The translations under genes were made by a program, and so were the position numbers. A stretch of 64,000 nt of DNA from Schizochytrium sp. TIO01. Its lineage: Eukaryota > Protista > Bigyra: Labyrinthulomycetes. Under the pieces are notes generated by a model. The model was not told the origin of the DNA. It saw only the letters and a program-made list of their open reading frames with translations, and did no database searches. The stretch is from assembly GCA_004764695.1 (NCBI GenBank), contig SMSO01000034.1, forward strand, positions 1,054,001-1,118,000, in the 5' to 3' direction. Below, piece after piece: positions 56,857 to 64,000 of the stretch (its first letter is position 1; every line of letters begins with the position of its first letter).

Positions 56857-57396
56857 GCCAAGGGTCAATGTTCAAGCATAATCTAGTTTTCGAAGAATCT
56901 AATTTGCAACGAAGACCTTGTATTTTTTTGTTGTTTCTGGATGCATAGCCCTCTAATATGTAAATTGTACAGTTTGTAGTGGCCTTAATTTTCACATGTG
57001 AACGAAAATGTTCAACTAAAAAACTAAGACAATTAGCCAAGCCCTCTTAGTAACGTACTTTTGCTAGTAGGACATTTTGAAAACGAAAAAAAAAGAAAAA
57101 AAAAGATGCATAAGGCATCTGGTTTGTTGTCTTAGGATTTACGCCCTGGGCATTGCGGTTTAAGAAAGCGCACAACGAAAAATTCTCGCTTCACGGAACA
57201 CTGAATACAAACTAAAATAATTAACGCATCAACGTGTGTTTTGCTGATTAATCAAGGTGCGTATTTGGATTCGAAAGCAAGAGCTCCAAGTGAGAAAATA
57301 TCATGTTTGCAGAAGGTAGTACTGGTAATTATGTTTGTATGGTTTTTCAAGGGTGTAGTGTTGTCGTAGTTGTTGAATGGGTTAAAAATGAGGGAT

Positions 57397-58170
57397 TTAT
57401 GCAGCCTTGGCTTCGGCCTTCTCCTCAGCCTCCTTCTCCTCGGCAATGATCTTGTCCAAGAGATGCTGAACCTCGTCATCATGCATGACGTGCTGCACAA
57501 GCTTACCGGTTGCCTTATCCATTCTGAGTACAGAGAACTCCATCTTGTCCGCGCTCGGGGTGACAGAGTCCATGGTCTTGTTAAGAACCTTGACAGCGAG
57601 CTCAAGGGCTTCATCAATAGAGCAGTCATCCTTGTACTCCTTCTTCAGGAGTGAGGTGGCAGCCTGATTGTTGGCGCCAATGGCGGTTGCCTTCCAGCCG
57701 CCATAGTTGCCGGACGGGTTAGATTGGTACAACTGGAATCCATAGTGGCGATCCCAGCCAGCATAGAGGAAGGAAACACCAAAGGGGCGCTGGCCACCAA
57801 ACTGGGTGTAGCCCTGCTTCAGATCACAAACCCGCATGATGAGCTGCTCGAGAGGCTGGGGCTCTTGGTACTGCAATTTGTAGTTCTGTGCCACGCGGCG
57901 CAAATAGCTAATGAGAACGTTGGCATCGGAGGTGAGACCAGCAACGGCACAGGCCACGTGGTCATCAATCATGTACAGCTTCTCGCTAGTCTTACTCGGG
58001 GCAAGAAGCTTGCTGGTGGCTTTTTTCTCAGCGGCAATCACAACACCATCACCAGCAAGGAGGCCTACACATGCGCCAGCATTGTCAATGGCTTGCATAG
58101 CGTATTCCACCTGAAACAGACGGCCTTCCGGCGAGAACACCGTGGTGCGCGAATCATATCTGGAGCCCAT
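57397..58170 (-). CDS. PSMA4: 20S proteasome subunit alpha type-4 (alpha3/Pre9)
   Basis: [21 protein letters not shown] alpha signature, [48 protein letters not shown]. Confidence 0.97.
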   Translation of the reverse strand: MGSRYDSRTTVFSPEGRLFQVEYAMQAIDNAGACVGLLAGDGVVIAAEKKATSKLLAPSKTSEKLYMIDDHVACAVAGLTSDANVLISYLRRVAQNYKLQYQEPQPLEQLIMRVCDLKQGYTQFGGQRPFGVSFLYAGWDRHYGFQLYQSNPSGNYGGWKATAIGANNQAATSLLKKEYKDDCSIDEALELAVKVLNKTMDSVTPSADKMEFSVLRMDKATGKLVQHVMHDDEVQHLLDKIIAEEKEAEEKAEAKAA

Positions 58171-59975
58171 TTTCCCGGATTGAAGAGTGAAAACTACACA
58201 GAGATATCACAATGTCTTGCGATCAGAAATACTCAATCAACGTCGATGTTGAAGAGACGATAGATAGATACTCGCTCAAGAGCGTCGAGTTGTCAACCGC
58301 CCTCGATCTCACACTGACCCACAAGGCCACGGGCTCTAGAGAAAGCAAAAGGAAAAGTTGCGCAGATAGAAGCGTATTCGCAAGACGTCAGTAATCTCGC
58401 TCCGCCGCGAAGATAACCGTCTCGCACCCACGCGATCTTCGCCAAGTCGAACTGCCTTGGCTAAATTGTGCTCGAAGCTTCTCTTGCTTCTCTCCCCTTC
58501 TTTCTCTTAATTGATCTTCTTTATTATTATTATAATAACCCATGCAACTACTATTGTTAGTCGTAGCGGAGTGAATTGGGGTTCACTTGCTTCGTAGAGG
58601 AACAGATCTTGAAAGGAACACCTTAAAATATTATGTGTGCCGTTTTATAAATTAAAATAGAACACCTTAACTTAACTTTGATAATGATAAAGCAATTAAA
58701 ACATAGGAGCAAATGCGAACCAAGATAAAATTGAGGCTACTTATAGGCTGGAGTAGAGATGAATGATGAGTGGGTTTGAGAATTTAAAACCATGCACTAA
58801 TGTTCCAAACGAAATACATGTCATTATGTCAATTGGCCACTGTGTTTGTATGAATGCGCGGGGTATGATGAAATAGAAACTAGACACCTCGGTGCAACAA
58901 AGTTAAAAGCGTGATGATTATTTTAATCATTCATTTAGGACATCCACGAAAAGAAGTATTCAACAAGATCCTCGGCTTTTCCGCGGGGTTCTTAGTTATG
59001 GCATATGTAGTAATTCTAGTTACGTGGCTATGATTGGGCCCATGACGCAACATGGGTCAACTGAAATCATAAAAATGGTTTGATAATATGCTTTTGCAAA
59101 GGTCTACAATGAAAAACAGTTGATCAGGGGGCATGCACAAAATTGCAGATATAAAAATAAAAGCTATAGCGGGAATGTAAATCGGTTTGAATCAAGGCTC
59201 ACTAGTATAACTTACAGCAACAAATCTAACCACTGTTTCAGAAGCTTCCTTTAGACAGTTATAGTAAAATCTTTCATGCTTAAGGTTGCAATCACAATGA
59301 GTCCCATTAACTTCTTTCATCGTTTTAATTTCTATCAAAGTGCTGCGAAACCGGAAACTTTCTTCCTCTTCTTAACAATTCGTCTATGTGAACTTTCCCC
59401 AGCCATAGTGCTCTTTGTTACGAATGTCAAGTATAGTCATACCCTTCCAAGGTATATCTATCGTACAAGACGACTTGAAATAGGTTTAATTTTTAAAATT
59501 ATAAAAAATGAGGTATGCGGTACTCCTGTTCTACTATTACACTGTCGAAAACATTGATTATAGAATGACACAGCAACTCCGAGGTTTGAAGAACCCAATT
59601 TGCATTCTCCTGCAAAAAGCACAGAGTGTGGCCATTCTTACGCGTGGTCGGGTACTGGAATGGTACCTTTTCTTAGACTATTCGCAATTTGCTAGGGAGG
59701 TTAGCAAATGTGGTAGAAACCTACTAGGACTACTAGGTACGTATGGGTTTTGCCAATTTCTTCGTTTATTCTCCCAACTCTTTATCTCTCGCGACGTCGG
59801 GCCCGCGCGAGCGGGTTCCTGGGGTCCCTCCGGCGATCAGGTGGGATTCGATATCAAATTGTTCGTCTTGGCCTCCCTCGCATTTGCAGCAGTCTTCCTA
59901 GATACCTCCTCTCGACTGTGCTTGGAGAGAGTTCGTCAACTCCGAAGAACCCTCCTTGTACGGAGTCCATCGGAG

Positions 59976-60003
59976 CAGCAGCAACAGCAGCAGCAGCAGC
60001 AGC
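59976..60003. repeat. (CAG)n trinucleotide repeat upstream of the E3 gene
   Basis: Read directly from the sequence: about 9 units with one CAA. Confidence 0.85.
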
Positions 60004-60160
60004 TTTATCTTCAACTCACACAGCACATTGGAGCCTTCAGGAACGTGCGGCTGAGATACTAAATAGTTGCTAGATCTACAGATCTCATTTGTCGGTCCCA
60101 GCTACTCTTGAAGGCAGGCAGATATACTGACTGACCTCCTGATTGAAACCTGTGCATAAC

Positions 60161-62029
60161 ATGGGTAACGCTCCCAGCATGAGCCGTGGAACCAGTGATG
60201 TTGCTGCCCAAGCCGCTCAGGCCGCGTCACAGGCGGTACTTGCAGTCCAAGCTGCCGCCGGTCTAGGCGCCATCGCCGCCGCAAGGCCCTCTGCTGTAGG
60301 TCTCTTTCCCCGCGACGCCCAGATCCGAGACGACTGGGTGGTTATCTCTCGAGACTCTCCCGTCAGCGCGAATGTCAACAGTGCAAGCGCCTCCATAAAT
60401 CAGCGTAATAACCAAAGTGTCGACGTTAATAACCTTGGAAGTTCAGGGAGTAAACGCGCGCGGAGTAATGGAGCAGGTGCCGCAATCGGCCTTGGGTCCG
60501 GCGAGATTACTGGCTTAGAATGTGTTCGATTGTCGGCACAAATGGTGAGGGCAGTGAGAGCCGCAAATCTTCGCGGTGAAGACCTTCGGCAAACAATGGA
60601 GAACTTAAACGAGGCGATGGCGCTCTTGACGCAAAAGATGAGTGAGATTGAACATAGGTCGCTGGCGGCAATGAGTGACAGCCAAAGAACGTGCTGTGCG
60701 TGTGACGTGGCGGCCGAAGACACATATGCGGACTTTGTGGAGCTAGCAAACTGTGGGCATTCGATGTGCTTAGACTGCTTCAGGACGCATGTCCTGGCCT
60801 CTGCACCGAGGGCAAGCTGCATAATACCTTCGTGTGCATGCCTGATCGCGGAAAGGGACATTCGAGCAAACTTGCAAGCTGGTGACTTGGACATCTACAT
60901 GTCGGCGAGTCTACATAACATCGGTGACCAGATCTGTCACTGCCCGAATTGTGAAAGTCGTATCGCTCTTGATCGAGATAAAAAGGACACTCGGAACGCT
61001 GCACGTGTACGCTGCGTCTGCAACGCAACGTTCTGTGCTGACTGCGCTGTCTCGCCGTATCACGAGGGCCTCTCTTGCGAGGAGTTCTTGACAACGACGC
61101 CTTGCAGGTTCTGCGAGAACCGCGTCCCTGCACCATCATCTGAAAGCAGTAGCCTAGGAGTCGTTGTTCGCTGTGCATCTCCAAGTTGTGAACAAAAGGC
61201 CCAAGACCTCTGCGGGAAAATTCGTCCTGAGTGCGGCCACGTTTGTGGAGGCTTAGCTGGCGAATCCTCTTGCCCTGAAATGTGTTTCCAGTGCCTTGGT
61301 CCTGATGCCTTGTGTGTTGTCTGCCTTGATCCACTCGAGCAAGGCGCAAGCATTGAGCTTTCTTGTGGCCACCCGATGCACGTTGAATGTATTCGTGAAC
61401 GTTTTGCGAGTGAACGTAGTGCCGAGCGTGCAACTCTAACTTTTGCCAAATGTACAGTATGCAAAGCTGATATGGCTCACCCTGAGGCTCTAGAGGCAGA
61501 GTTTCTCGCTGTTGCAGAACTGCGAGCAAGTGTTGGCAGCGTACTTGAAGAAGCGCGCCAGCGTGCTTCGCCTGCCGAGGCCCTCCTTGAAGATGATGCA
61601 TTCACTTTGTTTTATTGCACACGATGCCGACGCCCATTCTTTGGTGGCATGCGCCAATGTGAGGAAGCAGTAGACGATGCCAACCATGGAGAAGGAGGTC
61701 GGCATTGTTCTTCTTGCACATGTGCCCTGCAGCAGGTGTCCATTTGCCCAGAACATGGACCTGATAGTATGCAGTTCAAATGCTCTTTCTGTTGCACACC
61801 GGCCAGTTTCTTCTGTTGGGGGACCACTCATTTTTGTGTAGACTGCCACGCCCGCCAGATGGCTGGTGAGCGTCTAAACAAGCTATCTATTTCTCAACTA
61901 CCGCAATGCAATAGTGCGGAAGATTGTCCTCTAGGTCTCAATCATCCTCCCAATGGCACCCCCCCATCTATATGCGCTCCTGTGGTTCTTGGTTGCTCCA
62001 TGTGTCAGGCGCGACATGCCCTTATGTAA
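60161..62029 (+). CDS. E3 ubiquitin ligase: RING1-IBR fused to a MYCBP2/Highwire-type RING-Cys-relay (RCR) domain
   Basis: RING1 (CCAC..CGHSMCLDC..CIIPSC) and IBR (CPNC..RCVCNATFCADC..YHEGLSCEEF), then CRFC..C..C..CGHVCGG, RING-H2 CVVC..LSCGHPMHVEC..CTVC, and YCTRCRRPFFGGMRQCE..CPEHG..FKCSFCC..FFCWGTTHFCVDCH..CPLGLNHPPNG..LGCSMC. First ATG 60161 gives MGNAPS. Confidence 0.9.
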   Translation: MGNAPSMSRGTSDVAAQAAQAASQAVLAVQAAAGLGAIAAARPSAVGLFPRDAQIRDDWVVISRDSPVSANVNSASASINQRNNQSVDVNNLGSSGSKRARSNGAGAAIGLGSGEITGLECVRLSAQMVRAVRAANLRGEDLRQTMENLNEAMALLTQKMSEIEHRSLAAMSDSQRTCCACDVAAEDTYADFVELANCGHSMCLDCFRTHVLASAPRASCIIPSCACLIAERDIRANLQAGDLDIYMSASLHNIGDQICHCPNCESRIALDRDKKDTRNAARVRCVCNATFCADCAVSPYHEGLSCEEFLTTTPCRFCENRVPAPSSESSSLGVVVRCASPSCEQKAQDLCGKIRPECGHVCGGLAGESSCPEMCFQCLGPDALCVVCLDPLEQGASIELSCGHPMHVECIRERFASERSAERATLTFAKCTVCKADMAHPEALEAEFLAVAELRASVGSVLEEARQRASPAEALLEDDAFTLFYCTRCRRPFFGGMRQCEEAVDDANHGEGGRHCSSCTCALQQVSICPEHGPDSMQFKCSFCCTPASFFCWGTTHFCVDCHARQMAGERLNKLSISQLPQCNSAEDCPLGLNHPPNGTPPSICAPVVLGCSMCQARHALM

Positions 62030-63019
62030 AAACAATCTTAGTCTACCTCCTACTATCTTGCATCATTGTCAGATGCGATACAACGAGGCTGCAAATCTTA
62101 TAAATCATTTAATTACAACTCTACTGTTCCTGACAGTTTCTACCAGTTAGTGGTTGACCCTTGTAGCTTATTTGCACAGACTGTAGGTGGCGCGGCTTGT
62201 CATCAGTGAGAGTGAGCGGATCAATGCCTCTCAATACTGATGAGACGTTTTATTTCAAACAAATGAAATCAATCTCTGTGATACCAACATATTTAATCAG
62301 ACAATTTTAATGACAGCGAAGAAGAAACAGTTGGATTTTTGAGGTATGATTGATACATTTTATTTAATCAATTATTTCGGTATGGACGCTGTTATGGGGT
62401 GCATCAGGGTTGTACAACGCTCAAAACAATCTGCTGGTTTAACACCAAATCAATGTTAATGCTGAGTGGGGCCATCGCTGAGATAAATTCAACTCTGGGA
62501 GCCTTGGCTCCCGTGGTTGTAGCTGACAATGTTTAGAATATTCTTGGCTCTATGATAGATCCAAAAACTTGATAATACTACAATGATTATAGTTGCAGCT
62601 TCTGACTCAATTTAATCATTGTGTGTGGATATAATTAGATAGTGACTAACTACAATCCTCCGGCGAAACAATTCAATCTACGCCCCTCTTAGATTCTTAA
62701 AAAGTTTCCTTGACCCTGTAACGTTAGGGAGACTGCTCGAGTCACAAAGATGCACGCTATATTGAGAAAGACATAATTTAAAACTAAATGGCAAAAAAGT
62801 TCTCTTTCCTTTTTATTTGAGAATAAACGTAATCGGAGGTCAAGCGCTTGGTGAGCTCCCTGCACCACAGTGCCTCTAAAGGGTTTGATTTAATTGCCGT
62901 GGCGCTCAGGAATCTGATTGTATAGTTGCTGGGTGATGCTGGGTGAATGTTGAATGTGTTTATGTAAAGGTCGCGAGCCCAGGCAGTGGAGGCAAGCAAC
63001 AAGACTCTATGTCATCATC

Positions 63020-63613
63020 TTATTTCTTCACCAGCTGGTACCAGGAAATCTCCGTGACCTTATGAAGTGTGATGACAATAGAGTCCGGCTTGCACTTGTG
63101 CGAAACCTTGCTAATCTCACTATGCAGCTTGGGCAACATGAGTTCGTAGTCCTTGCCGTCATCCATATTTTTCAAGTTGATGGTCAGAGACGTTTCGGAC
63201 CAGTCGAGATCCACATTGTCGTCAGAAGGCTCAGCTCCGGTAAGAAGATCATCCGTCGGCACGTAAACCTTGACAGTCTTCTTGCCATCAGCCCAGCTGT
63301 AGCGCTTAATAACGTTTTTCAGCTTTTTGACAGGTACCTCGTCTACGGCCTGGCTAGGGTCAATACGGGGCGGTTCGCCGCCGTAGTTCTTGACAGTCTC
63401 GCGAGACGAAGCGTGAGCGTAGTAGTAAGCGTTCTGACCCTTGCGGCGGATGTTCTCCTGGAGGGCATTCTTTGCAGGGCTGTCGTCCTCCTCCTCATCT
63501 GCGGCAGAAGAAGTGCCCGCAACAGCGTCATCGCCAGTGTCCTCCACGGAAAGGGACGCGAGGTCCTCGCCCGAGAGCGTGGATTCAGCAGCGTTACTCT
63601 CGACCTCCGACAT
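63020..63613 (-). CDS. CS (p23-like/HSP20-fold) domain protein, CacyBP/SIP-like
   Basis: IKRYSWADGKKTVKVYV...LTINL...YELMLPKLHSEI...KPDSIVITLHK...W CS pattern. Acidic N-terminus and KGQNAYYYAH motif. GC3-biased codons. Confidence 0.85.
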   Translation of the reverse strand: MSEVESNAAESTLSGEDLASLSVEDTGDDAVAGTSSAADEEEDDSPAKNALQENIRRKGQNAYYYAHASSRETVKNYGGEPPRIDPSQAVDEVPVKKLKNVIKRYSWADGKKTVKVYVPTDDLLTGAEPSDDNVDLDWSETSLTINLKNMDDGKDYELMLPKLHSEISKVSHKCKPDSIVITLHKVTEISWYQLVKK

Positions 63614-64000
63614 CGTGTCTGCAGCCGCCAGATCACACTACAAACAAGCCAACAAGAGTGCCAAAGGACGTTAACGCAATTCCGCCTTGGTTGCTGTGAT
63701 TTGTCTTTATGAATATATCACAAACAGAAAGAATAATGTTAAGCACTCAAGGAGTCTCGCTGCGCAACCCTTTTTCTCAGGACTTCTTCTGGAACGCAAT
63801 ATTGGCCTTAAACAGAGACTTTTTGTCGATTATTAATATGGTAATGAGTTGAGCTTTAAGGAGGGTTATAATAACTCGAAGCACGCCTTCGCTAAAGACT
63901 GAGTCCAAGCTGAAGAACGCGAATTAAGATTTGAGGCTTCTGCAAATGTGAAACGAGATTGCTTTCTTGGAGAGACACGCGCTTCAGATTTACATGGATG

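Noticed and set aside
57724-58263. 179-aa plus-strand ORF
   Set aside because: Antisense shadow of PSMA4.
59508-60062. 184-aa polyQ ORF upstream of the E3
   Set aside because: The polyQ comes from a CAG microsatellite, the rest is not protein-like, and it contains a donor-like GTACGT. Probably promoter or 5'UTR.
62954-63712. 252-aa plus-strand ORF
   Set aside because: Antisense shadow of the CS-domain gene.

Overview
Eukaryotic, intron-poor, gene-dense nuclear DNA. Mostly single-exon genes, short GT-AG introns, (TTCA)n/(AAAC)n microsatellites and an EsV-1-7 protein point to a stramenopile, most likely a thraustochytrid (inference). Recognisable genes: SNF1/AMPK-alpha kinase, an RCC1+EF-hand+LRR protein, a large ARM-like protein, a coiled-coil protein, CIAO1, a two-exon zinc deaminase, an oversized MOB1-family protein, an OTUD5-like deubiquitinase, an EsV-1-7 repeat protein, a Golgi-type sulfotransferase, RRP8, proteasome alpha-3 (PSMA4), a Cys-rich E3 ligase and a CS-domain protein. 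The standout is the E3 at 60161-62029: an RBR-type RING1-IBR module fused, in place of RING2, to a complete MYCBP2-type RING-Cys-relay (RCR) module with both relay cysteines intact, behind a predicted N-myristoylation site. Other points: APE->SPQ in the SNF1 kinase, a degenerate Zn site in the MOB protein, a split RCC1 propeller, a possible cell-cycle-degraded cohesin regulator, and a structured island in an ~11 kb gene-free gap. No rRNA, tRNA, CRISPR or intact transposon was recognised. All family calls are from motif recognition by eye, not database searches.
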